Assembly (NCBI GenBank): GCA_965226885.1 | Contig: CBDDEL010000016.1 | Coordinates: 864,001-928,000, forward strand | Direction of reading: 5' to 3' | From: Opitutales bacterium | GTDB lineage: Bacteria; Verrucomicrobiota; Verrucomicrobiia; Opitutales; UBA2987 | DNA length: 64,000 bases | Part shown: in pieces, positions 31,099-41,059 of the stretch | Layout of the letters: every line of letters begins with the position of its first letter | How positions within the stretch are numbered: position 1 is the first letter of the stretch | The notes under the pieces: generated by a model | The model's input: only the letters and a program-made list of their open reading frames with translations | Databases searched by the model: none | What the model was told of the DNA's origin: nothing | Translations under genes and position numbers: made by a program

Positions 31099-33552
31099 TT
31101 ACTGGTAGCGCAATGCATCCATGGGCTGCACTTTGGTAGCGCGCCAAGCGGGCAGATAACAGGCCAGCAAAGCTACAATGGCCAGACAAACAATCACCGC
31201 AACGAAGGTCGGCAGGTCGTTGGGTTTTACCCCGTAGAGCAGGTATTTCAGCATGTTGGCCAACGCGAAAGCCATCGGTATGCCAATCGCCAACCCGGTA
31301 AAAACTTGTATCGCCCCCTGTTTCAGGATCAGGTTGAGTATGCTCTTGTTCTTTGCTCCCAATGCCATGCGGATACCGATTTCCCTCGTCCTCTGAGTGA
31401 CGGAGAAGGACATGACTCCGTAAATGCCGACCGAGGCCAGGAAAAGGGCCATGATCCCAAAGATGCTGAATAACCCGGCAATGAGGCGGTAGAAATAGCT
31501 CGAATCGTAAAAATACTCATTCATCGATTTGGCGAAATAGATCGGCAGGTGAGGGTCTATGGCCTGCACTTGCTGGCGCACTTTGGAAATGGCCGCCTTG
31601 GGGTCGCCGTAGGTGCGCACGATCAAGGTTGCAAAGCCCAGTTCCTCCTCCTGCCAGAAGGGCTCCAGGAGAATGTCATCGACACCCGACCGCAGATGGC
31701 TGTCGTGCCCGGTGATTTTGAAATCTTTGACCACCCCGACAATCTTGAGCCATTGGTCATTCATGTCATGCTCAATGCCATGTAGCTTCTCGCCATATTT
31801 TAAGCGCTTTCCGATGGCGCTTTGTCCGGGCCACATTTTTTTGGCAAAGCTCTCGTTGACAATGGCCACCTTCTCCTTTTCATCCAGAAGGCAGAAAAAT
31901 TTTCCTTCCACCAATGGAATATTCAGTGCTGTCAGGAAACTGGCGGAAACCGAAGTTTGCACCACTGTATCCAAATCCTCATCCGGGGCGTATTCTTTTC
32001 CTTCAATTCGGCAATTGGATTTCCAGCCTCCAGATTCCCTTCCTGATAAGAAGATAAACCTGGTCATGGCCGCGGCCTCGACTCCGGTCTGGTAACTCAG
32101 ATTTCTCACCAGTTTATTGTAAAAAGCCAATCTGCTTTCATTATCCGGGTAGTCGGCCGGGAATAGCCCCATGCGCACAGTCAGAAGTTTTTCAGGGTTG
32201 AAACCAATTTCAGTATAATGAAGGTTGACTAAGGTTTTAATAGTCAGGCCGGCTCCGATCAGGAGGGCGGTGGAAATGGCAATCTGCACCACCGCCAGAA
32301 ATTTGCTGAAGCGCCGAATGCTGAACCCGGAGGATGTGGCTGAAGCGTCTTTGAGCATATTCATCACATTGGTGCGGGAAGCTTCCCAAGCCGGCACGAT
32401 CCCCGATATGATTCCCGCAAACAGGGTAATGAAAACGACAAATAAAAGCACATTGCCGTCGATACTGAAGTTCATCCAGTAAGGCGGATCCATCCGTTGA
32501 GCACTGGACCATAGAAAATCCACTCCCCAACTGGTCAGGATGAGACCCCCGATGGCTCCGAAACCAGCCAGGATGAGACTTTCCACCAGCAATTGGCGGA
32601 TGATATTGAAACGGGTTGCCCCCAAGGCCGAGCGAACGGCCATTTCCTTTGCCCTGAGGGTCGAGCGGGCCAGCAGCAGGTTGGCTACATTGGCACAGGC
32701 GATGAGCAGAACAAAAATGCCGGTACTCATGCATAGCAAAATTTCTTTGGTCAGTTTTTTGCTCACAAAAAGCCTGGTGAAGGGTTTGATGCCCAAGGTA
32801 TAACCGGCTGCCATCTCCTGCTCCCCTTCCGACCACGATATTTTCTTGCTTAAATTAACCAGTTCCGCCTCCGCTTCTTCATGCCTGACGCCTTTTTTAA
32901 TGCGGCCAAATGCCATGCCTCTCTTCTCTTTATAATTGGTCGGCGCCTGCTCCAGAGGAAGCCAAATCTCCTGATTGATAGGAAATTTGAAATCGCGCGG
33001 CATGACCCCTACAATACTGGACTCGACGCCATTGACGCGCACCGATTTGCCGATTATTTTGGGATCTCCATAATAGCGGTGTTTCCAGACATTGTAACCG
33101 ATAAGGATCACTCGCCCGGAGTCGGAGTGGCAGTCAGCTTCGTTGAAGCAACGCCCATGAAGTGGCTTGACTCCAAGCAAATCCAGAAAATTTCCAGAGA
33201 TAAAAGCCCCGTCGTATCGTTGGGGCAATCCATTGCCGCTTAGGTTTACGGTGCCGCTGTACCATGCGCTGAATCCTTCGAAAGTTTTCGATTCTTCGTT
33301 CAAACGCTTCAGATCGGTAAAGGGTATCCCATATTTCCCCTCCTCCATAACCTCGAAATCCTGGGTCAAGTGCATCAGGCGATCAAAATACTCGTAGCTC
33401 TCACCCTTGAACAAAATGCCGTTGGCAACGCTGAACATACTCGTGGTTAGCCCAATTCCGATAGCCAAGGCCAAGACTGCCAGGGCGCTCAGGGCAGGCT
33501 TGGTTTGTAATGCGCGAAAGCCGAATCGAATCTCTCTCAAGAACTGGTCCAT
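31099..33552 (-). CDS. ABC transporter permease, duplicated MacB/FtsX (ADOP-type)
   Basis: Motifs LLIACANVANLLLAR, EMAVRSALGA, REIGIRMALGA and C-terminal PMDALRYQ. Confidence 0.92.
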   Translation of the reverse strand: MDQFLREIRFGFRALQTKPALSALAVLALAIGIGLTTSMFSVANGILFKGESYEYFDRLMHLTQDFEVMEEGKYGIPFTDLKRLNEESKTFEGFSAWYSGTVNLSGNGLPQRYDGAFISGNFLDLLGVKPLHGRCFNEADCHSDSGRVILIGYNVWKHRYYGDPKIIGKSVRVNGVESSIVGVMPRDFKFPINQEIWLPLEQAPTNYKEKRGMAFGRIKKGVRHEEAEAELVNLSKKISWSEGEQEMAAGYTLGIKPFTRLFVSKKLTKEILLCMSTGIFVLLIACANVANLLLARSTLRAKEMAVRSALGATRFNIIRQLLVESLILAGFGAIGGLILTSWGVDFLWSSAQRMDPPYWMNFSIDGNVLLFVVFITLFAGIISGIVPAWEASRTNVMNMLKDASATSSGFSIRRFSKFLAVVQIAISTALLIGAGLTIKTLVNLHYTEIGFNPEKLLTVRMGLFPADYPDNESRLAFYNKLVRNLSYQTGVEAAAMTRFIFLSGRESGGWKSNCRIEGKEYAPDEDLDTVVQTSVSASFLTALNIPLVEGKFFCLLDEKEKVAIVNESFAKKMWPGQSAIGKRLKYGEKLHGIEHDMNDQWLKIVGVVKDFKITGHDSHLRSGVDDILLEPFWQEEELGFATLIVRTYGDPKAAISKVRQQVQAIDPHLPIYFAKSMNEYFYDSSYFYRLIAGLFSIFGIMALFLASVGIYGVMSFSVTQRTREIGIRMALGAKNKSILNLILKQGAIQVFTGLAIGIPMAFALANMLKYLLYGVKPNDLPTFVAVIVCLAIVALLACYLPAWRATKVQPMDALRYQ

Positions 33553-33567
33553 AATTATTCGGGCTAG

Positions 33568-35135
33568 CCCGGATATTTCGTAAAAAAAGTATCGTTGATA
33601 TGCTTAACTGCTGATATACAGCAGGATAGATCAATAATTAAAGCAATATCAGCGATGACAAAAGGTAAACAATTAAAGCTACAGTTGACAAGGGTAAAAG
33701 GCCGCCGTGTGCGGGTTGATTTCAAGGGCGGAGAGGTTACTTCGGATGCCGGACTGCTTTTGATCCGGGAAGTGGATCGGCAGTTGGGCTTGACCGAACG
33801 AGCGGCCCGACAGTTAGTGGACAAACGGCAGAAGGGCAAAGTACGCCATGAGGTATTGGGGATGCTGCGGCAGCGCGTTTACGGGCTGGTGGCGGGCTAT
33901 GAGGATTTGAACGACTTTGATACCCTGCGCCACGATCCATTGTTAGCAAACGGTAACGGAGCGCATTGAAACGTTGGCCAGCGCGCCGACTTTGTGTCGT
34001 TTTGAAAACGGGCAGGATCGGCGGGCGGCCTTTGCGGTAAACGAGCTGTTGGTCGAACAGTTCATGGGCTCCTTTGCCGAGGAACCCGAAGAGATCATCC
34101 TGGACTTTGACGCCACCGACAATCCGGTGCACGGGCTCCAGGAGGGACGTTTTTTCCACGGTTATTATGATCATTACTGTTTTCTGCCGCTATATGTTTT
34201 TTGCGGTGATCAGCTGCTGGTGGCCTACCTGCGGCCGAGCAAGATCGATGCCAGCAAGCATGCCGGGGCCATCCTCAAATTGCTGGTTAAACGGATTCGC
34301 CAAAGCTGGCCCCGTACGCGGATTATTTGGCGCGCCGACAGTGGATTTTGTCGAGACCGGATACTCTCTTGGTGCGACCGCAACGAAGTTAGTTACATCG
34401 TGGGGATGGCTCGCAATGCACGCTTGCAGCAAGACGCCCAGCAGTTGCAAAAGCAGGCCAAAGAATGGTTCGAACTAAGGGGTAAAAAACAACGGTTATT
34501 CCAGGACTTCGTCTATGCTGCCGATTCGTGGCGATGGCTGCGGTTGGTCATCCATAAAGCCGAACACACCGCACAGGGGTCCAACCCGCGCTTCGTGGTG
34601 ACGAACCTGCCGGGCGATCCCCAGGAGCTTTACGACAAGGTATACTGTGGCCGCGGTGAAATGGAGAACCGAATCAAGGAACAGATGCAATTGTTCAGCG
34701 AGCGCACCAGCGCCCATCAATGGTGGGCCAATCAGTGGCGATTGCTCTTGTCGGCGCTGGCCTACACCTTGATGGAAGCCATGCGCCGGTTAGCCTTAAA
34801 AGGGACGAAGTGGGCGCGGGCCCAATGCCACACCCTGCGGCTCAAATTAATCAAGATCGGAGCGGTCATCGTGCGCAACACCCGAACGATTCACTTTCAC
34901 CTAAGTGAGAGTTATCCTTGGGCCAGTCTTTTCAACCATGCGGCCCGCCGATTGGTGCCAACCTAAAGGGTGCATTGGTGCTGCCCCCGGCACTACCGAA
35001 CCAATGGGGGAAAGGGGGCAGTGTCTCTACACCCTGAAAAACACCTAAAAATCAAGACGATCTGCTCAAAATACAAAGAAATCCATCTCCAATAGCAATA
35101 ACGAGCCAAACTTTACCCTTCATGAAATATCCGGG
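33568..35135 (+). mobile_element. IS1380-family insertion sequence, copy 2 (transposase frameshifted near 33945)
   Basis: Ends CCCGGATATTTC / GAAATATCCGGG with a CTAG TSD. Close paralog of copy 1. One extra base (ttgttAgcaaac vs ttgttgcaaac) splits the ORF. Confidence 0.93.
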
Positions 35136-35142
35136 CTAGGTT

Positions 35143-35976
35143 TTAATTGCGGGAATGGGTATTGGTGGTTTCGTCCACGATTTTGCCGTCGAATAAATGA
35201 AAGACACGGCGGGCATACCTGGCGTAGCCTTCATCGTGGGTGACCATGCATATGGTGGCTCCGGCTTCGTTTAGACTCTTCAGCATTTCCATGACCATTT
35301 TACCGTTTTTGGAATCGAGGTTTCCGGTCGGTTCGTCGGCCAGGAGTATTTGTGGGCTGCCGGCCAGGGCGCGGGCTACCGCCACGCGTTGCTGCTGACC
35401 GCCGGAAAGCTGGTTGGGCAGGTGGTTTTTACGGTGGATCATGTCCACTTTTTCCAGGGCCTTGAAAACCTTGGTTCTGCGCTCGGAAGGTTTCAGGCCG
35501 CGGTAGGCCAGGGGCAGCTCCACATTCTCGTAAACCGACAAATCGCCGATGAGATTGAAACTTTGAAAAATGAAGCCGATTTCCTGGTTGCGAATATGGG
35601 CTCGCTGATCAAGGGACAGTCCCGAGACTTCCTCGCCCCCCAGCCGGTAGCTGCCATCGCTCGGGCTGTCGAGCAGGCCGATAATGGAGAGCAAGGTCGA
35701 TTTGCCGCACCCCGAAGGCCCCGATATGAGGACGAACTCACCCGGTTGGATTTTCAGGTGAATGCCGCTGAGGGCATGGGTTTCGATTTCCTCCGTCAGG
35801 TAAATTTTGGTGATGCCGTCGAGGGCGATCAGCTTATGGTTTCCAATGCTCACTGTTGGCGCCAGGGGTTTGGAGGTTAGACGATCTATGGCGAGGGTTT
35901 TCAATGCAAATAGACCCTCCTTTTTGACAATTGGTACATTAATCTTCTCCTCCCGTGGAAAAAAATCAAAGCCCAA
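35143..35976 (-). CDS. ABC transporter ATP-binding protein (LolD/MacB-like); true start may be downstream
   Basis: Walker A GPSGCGKS, signature [10 protein letters not shown] and [10 protein letters not shown]. Confidence 0.92.
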   Translation of the reverse strand: MGFDFFPREEKINVPIVKKEGLFALKTLAIDRLTSKPLAPTVSIGNHKLIALDGITKIYLTEEIETHALSGIHLKIQPGEFVLISGPSGCGKSTLLSIIGLLDSPSDGSYRLGGEEVSGLSLDQRAHIRNQEIGFIFQSFNLIGDLSVYENVELPLAYRGLKPSERRTKVFKALEKVDMIHRKNHLPNQLSGGQQQRVAVARALAGSPQILLADEPTGNLDSKNGKMVMEMLKSLNEAGATICMVTHDEGYARYARRVFHLFDGKIVDETTNTHSRN

Positions 35977-36072
35977 TAACGGGCTCCGACTATTTCCTCC
36001 TTTGCCTGGATTGGCAAGAAATTCATTTAAAAAAATTCGATATCATTTGTTGAAAATTATCATATTAATAAA

Positions 36073-36168
36073 ATGGTTCAGGCCCCGGATCTGAAATCTA
36101 ACCTTGGAGAGAAATCCAACCGTTAATCCTGTTTATAGGAGCGAGAAATTCTCCGGGACCTGAACCAT
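36073..36168. repeat. 96-bp element with 17-bp terminal inverted repeats (possible MITE)
   Basis: ATGGTTCAGGCCCCGGA ... TCCGGGACCTGAACCAT, 16/17 complementary. Confidence 0.45.
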
Positions 36169-36240
36169 CTATATCCATAGCGCCTACTAAGAAATTCTAA
36201 TTTTTTACTCGTTCAGATTAAGCCCCTTCTACCTCAGATT

Positions 36241-37042
36241 GGTAGTGTATTAAGTAGGAATGGTGGCTAATTCTTGATTATATTGATGAATGAAAAGTCT
36301 CAGACAGGTTTCATGCATACTCTTAAGCTTGGAAAAGGAGAGGGTTTTGCGTGTGAAACGACCCAGTCGTTGGCGCAGGGTATTGTTCCATCGTTCCACA
36401 TGGGCCGTTTCACCGGTTTCTTTTCCCACGGATCGGTTATGAGGAAAGACTTCATCATAAGTGCTCCAAAAGTCGCTGTAGGTGGCACATCTTTTGTAGG
36501 CCCGTGGCAGACGCTCGTAAAGTTCCCGGCAACGATACCAATCCCGAGGCCCAATGGCATAGGAGAGGATTTGACGGGTGCGTCGGCAAAGAGCGATCCA
36601 AACCCATTGGGCATCGCTCTTGCGCCCCACAAAAGACCACAGTTCGTCCAGTTCAATGACATCATGGCGGCGGGCCGCAAGAATCGTGCTTTTGAGCGGT
36701 CGCAGCGATTGTCGTTTTTTTTAACCAACTCAAAACGGTGTTGGGACTCACCCCGAAGGCGCGCTGTAAACCGCGTAGACTGCTGCGTTCCTGATAGACT
36801 CGAAGGATCATTTCTTTTTGCTCTTCGGTGTATTTCACTGTGGGGTTTTCGCGGCTTTGTTTACCACAATCATGGCAGCGGTAGCGCTGTTTATGGTTGG
36901 GCGTCTTGCCAAATTTAATGATATTTTCACTTCCACAGTGCCGACAATTAATAATTTTAGTAACCATGCACTAAGAATAAACTGCCTAACGCTATTTGTA
37001 CAGCTAAAAATACAAAATAACATTCTTTTTTTATACACTACC
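36241..37042 (-). mobile_element. IS1-family insertion sequence, second type (InsA 36662-36967, InsB ending at 36250)
   Basis: IR GGTAGTGTAT / ATACACTACC and 8-bp TSD CTCAGATT. Zinc ribbon CRHCGS..CHDC, A-run frameshift and HVERWNNTLRQRL. Confidence 0.93.
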
Positions 37043-37048
37043 CTCAGA

Positions 37049-37435
37049 TTAAGCCCCTTCTACCATCTGCGGTTTGCAAATTTGCCGGTAAGGTAAATTG
37101 ACTCTGACAGAATCAAAGCCAGGTTTCGGCATGCCCGGCGCAAAAAGCTGGGACGTCGCTAGGCAATCATTATCCGTAATAGTTTCGGCCTCGTGGTAAA
37201 ATTTGCGGGTCGACGGCACATTTATTGCCGGGCTGACGGGAAAAAGCCGGTAATCCTGAAGTATTACTTCCAGAACGCCCAAAGCTGCAAAGGCATAAAA
37301 TATACCCATTAGATTTCCGTCGAGTGGACCTTGTCCTACAATACCCATAAGGGTCCCGGCCACAGCTATGACCGTTAAGGCCGACGAGATGATTTGACTG
37401 ATTTTTTTATTCATTCCTGTGACTCCTGTTTTCAT
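37049..37435 (-). CDS. Small hypothetical membrane protein divergent from the MocR regulator
   Basis: 128-aa ORF with two hydrophobic segments and an AGGA-type RBS before the second ATG. Confidence 0.5.
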   Translation of the reverse strand: MKTGVTGMNKKISQIISSALTVIAVAGTLMGIVGQGPLDGNLMGIFYAFAALGVLEVILQDYRLFPVSPAINVPSTRKFYHEAETITDNDCLATSQLFAPGMPKPGFDSVRVNLPYRQICKPQMVEGA

Positions 37436-37677
37436 GTTTATTAATAGACGCTATCTTTGTGCCAATCGGATTCAGAATTTTTAACTTATTTATTATCAAT
37501 GAGATAAAAATAGAATTTAACTTTCTGTTCCTTCCCGTTGGTTGCGATGTGCCACTAGCGGGACATCGCCAATCCCAAAATTGGGACGATCTGGGCGGGT
37601 TCCTTTCGGCAACGCTGGAGTGCGTCTTTTCCTACTATTTTTCATTGCAGCAATAGTATATAGACTTTTTACAAAGC

Positions 37678-37765
37678 AAAACAGATACAAATAAATGAAA
37701 TTGTAACCAGCACAGTATTTTTTTATTAAACTGTATTGCTTAAAATACCCGGCTTCTGTACCTAT
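37678..37765. promoter_or_regulatory. Probable MocR/GntR operator region
   Basis: Repeated ACAG(A)TA / CTGTA half-sites in the divergent intergenic region. Confidence 0.45.
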
Positions 37766-37806
37766 GGCTGCAAAACTTAATCCATTATTATAATAAAAAA
37801 ACAGTC

Positions 37807-39318
37807 ATGAACCAACATAGCTCCAGCACCAGCGATTTTTTATACGATAAAATTGCTGGGGAAATCAGATCCCTTATTGAAAACGGAACCCTCTCGCCGG
37901 GGGACAAGCTGCCCTCCGTGCGCAAGCTATCCGGTCAAAAAAAAGTCAGCATTTCAACCATCTTGCAGGCTTATATTGCCCTTGAGAGTGAAAAACTGAT
38001 AGAGGCCCGCCCCCAGAGCGGCTACTATGTTTCCACCGGGTCCCTGCTTCGTTTTCCCGAGCCTTTGGAGCTTTTCCCTTCGGACCCGCCGAGAACGGTC
38101 GAGGTCGCCGATAACGTGATGGAACTTTTCAAGGCAAGCGGTAAGCCCGATATAATTCCTCTTGGAGTCAGCTACACCATGCCCGAATTGATTTCCAATC
38201 AGAAACTGGCTAAAATGGTGAGTAGGGTCAGCCGGGATCACAGCGAATTTTTCAGCCGTTACACGTTTCAGGCGGCGGACCCGGAATTCGCGCGCCAAAT
38301 CAGCATCCGCTCATACGATTATGGATGCAACCTGCACCCCGATGAAATTATCGCCACATTTGGCTGCACCGAGGCTTTTAACCTCTGTTTGCGGGCGGTG
38401 GCCAGCGCCGGAGACGTCATTGCGGTGGAATCGCCCACCTATTTTGGCATTCTGGAAATCATCGAGAGCCTCAATATGAAGACGGTCTCCATCTGCACCG
38501 ACCCGAAAAACGGCGTCTGCCTGCAATCCCTTTCCGATACCCTCGAAAACCACGATGTCAAAGCCTGCGTGCTCATGCCCAATTTTCAAAACCCGCTCGG
38601 ATTCCGCATGAGCGCCGAACGCAAAAGAAAAGTATTCGATATCCTGGATGACTACGGAGTTCCCCTCATCGAGGACGACATTTATGGCGATTTAAATTTT
38701 CGGGGAAACCGCCCTCAACCCTTTAAAGCTTATGATGAGAATGGATCGGTTATGCTCTGCAGCTCTTTTTCCAAAACCCTGGCTCCGGGCCTGAGGCTGG
38801 GGTGGGTTGCCGCCGGAAAGTATCGGGACCGCATCCTGCGCCTCAAATACCTCAACACCATGGGCACCCCCGAAGCGCCCCAAAGGGCGCTGGCCGAATA
38901 CCTCAAAAGCGGGGGATATGATCGGCATCTGAGAAACCTGCGGTCCAGTTTACAGCGTCAAATATGCCAGATGTCGCAAGCCGTTTACCGCTATTTTCCG
39001 GAAGGTTCACTCGTTACCAGGCCCGAAGGGGGAAACCTCTTATGGGTGCAGCTGCCTGAAACCATCGACACGCTCGAGCTTTACCGGCGCGCCTTGCGCC
39101 ACAATATCGTATTCGCCCCCGGCGCCCTCTTCGCCGCCTGCTGTCTAAACGCCTGCATCCCCCATGATGAACCCTGCATGTTTCGCAATTGCCTGCGTCT
39201 GACCTGCGGCGCCCCCTGCGATGAAAAAGTGGAAGCGGCCCTCAAAACCCTCGGCTCCCTCGCCGCAGACATAGCCGCAGGCCTGGATTCCAGCATCAAA
39301 CCCCAAAAAGCCGGTTAA
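37807..39318 (+). CDS. MocR/GntR-family PLP-dependent transcriptional regulator
   Basis: wHTH (KLPSVRKLS..ARPQSGYYV) plus aminotransferase domain (IEDDIYG, SFSKTLAPGLRLGW). Confidence 0.93.
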   Translation: MNQHSSSTSDFLYDKIAGEIRSLIENGTLSPGDKLPSVRKLSGQKKVSISTILQAYIALESEKLIEARPQSGYYVSTGSLLRFPEPLELFPSDPPRTVEVADNVMELFKASGKPDIIPLGVSYTMPELISNQKLAKMVSRVSRDHSEFFSRYTFQAADPEFARQISIRSYDYGCNLHPDEIIATFGCTEAFNLCLRAVASAGDVIAVESPTYFGILEIIESLNMKTVSICTDPKNGVCLQSLSDTLENHDVKACVLMPNFQNPLGFRMSAERKRKVFDILDDYGVPLIEDDIYGDLNFRGNRPQPFKAYDENGSVMLCSSFSKTLAPGLRLGWVAAGKYRDRILRLKYLNTMGTPEAPQRALAEYLKSGGYDRHLRNLRSSLQRQICQMSQAVYRYFPEGSLVTRPEGGNLLWVQLPETIDTLELYRRALRHNIVFAPGALFAACCLNACIPHDEPCMFRNCLRLTCGAPCDEKVEAALKTLGSLAADIAAGLDSSIKPQKAG

Positions 39319-39403
39319 CCTCTACACGATGTCAACGTGTAGCTGATCTTCGCAATGGGATTTGGGGACTTCTACAGTATCCATGCGTGAATTGGCCGAG
39401 GGG

Positions 39404-39487
39404 TGGTAACGCCGCCAACATGCGCAGCTTTGTAGTGGAGGCGAAGCCACAACGGAAAAGCTGTCTCCATGATTGGCCTTGTTAAAT
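39404..39487 (-). mobile_element. Integron attC recombination site
   Basis: Minus strand ATTTAAC-AAGGC-CAATCATG...hairpin...CATGTTG-GCGGC-GTT. R'' and R' boxes and an L''/L' pair with one extrahelical T, starting 2 nt after the tautomerase stop. Confidence 0.8.
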
Positions 39488-39489
39488 TT

Positions 39490-39879
39490 TTATACTTCAA
39501 CTTTATAACTCAATGTCAATTCGTCCCCAGGCATGCCACGAATACCCCAGTTTTCCTTTGGAGTTTCAAATATGGTTATCTCAATATCTTGAGATAAAAT
39601 ACCCGCATGAGCATAAATATTTGAATAAATTCCGCGTATGAGTGCCTTCTTTGCTTCGGTAGTCCGCCCTTCAAACATGGACACTTCAATTATGATGTAA
39701 TTCTCGGACCGATCACCTGGATAAACGAAATCATCCGGATTCAAAGAAATAGATCTATGAAACTTCCTCTCTGGCGGATACTCTAGAGCAGACATTACCG
39801 CTTCATGAATGGAAGTAGAGATAGCTACCTTATTCTCATCAAGGTTTGACTTTAATCCATATATCTTAATTTGTGCCAT
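39490..39879 (-). CDS. Tautomerase-family protein (gene cassette cargo)
   Basis: Motifs MAQIKIYG, IEVSMFEGRT.EAKKAL and ITIFETPKENWGIRG. AT-richer than its neighbours. Confidence 0.88.
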   Translation of the reverse strand: MAQIKIYGLKSNLDENKVAISTSIHEAVMSALEYPPERKFHRSISLNPDDFVYPGDRSENYIIIEVSMFEGRTTEAKKALIRGIYSNIYAHAGILSQDIEITIFETPKENWGIRGMPGDELTLSYKVEV

Positions 39880-40119
39880 GCCTGATCCTCGTGGAATTTA
39901 ACATATTGTAGGCAGCGTCTACGCAACCCGTGATTAGGTAAGATAATTTTTTAGCCGAAATTTGCAAGAGAATCTGTAATTCATTGGTGGAGAAATGGCT
40001 GAATCCGTTTCCCGTAATTAACAGCCAATTTTTAATGATGCGTGGACGCTGCAAAAATTGGTACATCCTTTCCGCCAACTCACACACGAAACGAAAGAAA
40101 AATATTTTCATTTGGGGGC

Positions 40120-40148
40120 TTGACACTGAACGGGTGTTTAACTATACA
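40120..40148 (+). promoter_or_regulatory. lexA promoter with putative LexA box
   Basis: TTGACA at 40120. TGTTT-AACT-ATACA (40135-40148) resembles the verrucomicrobial TGTTC-N4-GAACA motif and overlaps the -10 element. Confidence 0.6.
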
Positions 40149-40158
40149 TTTGTGCATT

Positions 40159-40794
40159 ATGGATGAATTGACATTGCGACAGCAGGAAATTTTGGGTTAT
40201 CTTCAATTGCATATGCGGGTGCACGGGACTTGGCCGAGCTTTCGGGAGATTCAGGCCCATTTCGGGTTTCGCAGCACCAACGCCGTCATGGGGCACCTCC
40301 GCGCGCTCGAGAAAAAGGGCCATATCAGCCGTGTGCCGGGGCAGGCCCGCACCTTCCGCATCACGATGGACTTTAATGAGGAAAACCAACCCGCCGAGGC
40401 CACCGATGTGGTCGATATCCCCATCTACGGTAGCATTGCGGCCGGTTATCCGGACGGGGTCGAGCCAGGCGGGGAAATCGGCCGCCTACAGATTGATGCG
40501 GAAACGGCCGGCATCCGCCGCTCGCGCCACGCCTTCGCCCTCAAAGTGCGGGGAGACAGTATGGTCGACGCCGGCATCTTCGATGGCGACATCGTTATCA
40601 TGGAAAGACGCCCGCCCTACAACGAAGATGTGGTGGCCGCCCTCATCGACGGGGAGACGACTCTCAAGCGTTTTATACGAAAACGCGGCAAAGCCCCCTA
40701 CCTCAAAGCGGAAAACAAAGACTACCCCAAACTCCACCCGGTGGCCGAACTGATCATTCAGGGCGTGGCCAAAGCCGTCGTCCGCAATTTGTAG
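40159..40794 (+). CDS. lexA: SOS repressor LexA
   Basis: LTLRQQEIL...PSFREI HTH, AAG cleavage site, VRGDSM serine and TLKRF lysine. Confidence 0.95.
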   Translation: MDELTLRQQEILGYLQLHMRVHGTWPSFREIQAHFGFRSTNAVMGHLRALEKKGHISRVPGQARTFRITMDFNEENQPAEATDVVDIPIYGSIAAGYPDGVEPGGEIGRLQIDAETAGIRRSRHAFALKVRGDSMVDAGIFDGDIVIMERRPPYNEDVVAALIDGETTLKRFIRKRGKAPYLKAENKDYPKLHPVAELIIQGVAKAVVRNL

Positions 40795-40834
40795 TGCTGG
40801 GCACGATGCGAGATAGTGGATACTTGATGCAAGC

Positions 40835-40923
40835 TTGTTGATTAGTTGGGTACAAGGTTTGTTGATTAGTTGGGTACAAGGAGGTGCAGTCAGGGAGGTG
40901 CAGTCAGGGAGGTGCAGTCAGGG
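40835..40923. repeat. Adjacent tandem repeats (24-bp period x2, 14-bp x3)
   Basis: TTGTTGATTAGTTGGGTACAAGG twice, then GGAGGTGCAGTCAG three times, with no spacers. Confidence 0.9.
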
Positions 40924-41022
40924 CATGGTTTTTCAGGGTCGATTCCTGAAACCCGACACCTGACACCCGAAACCTTTTTTTCCGCGTCCCCGATCCGGCC
41001 GATATATAAAAAGTGTACAGAC

Positions 41023-41054
41023 AAAAGGCCCGGTCTCCTTGCGGAGGCCGGGCC
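41023..41054 (-). terminator. Rho-independent terminator of the putative ncRNA (may also terminate lexA)
   Basis: Minus strand GGCCCGGCCTCC-GCAA-GGAGACCGGGCC-TTTTGT. Confidence 0.85.
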
Positions 41055-41059
41055 CCTTG

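Noticed and set aside
40835..40923. Possible CRISPR array
   Set aside because: The repeats are contiguous with no unique spacers, and there are no cas genes in the window.
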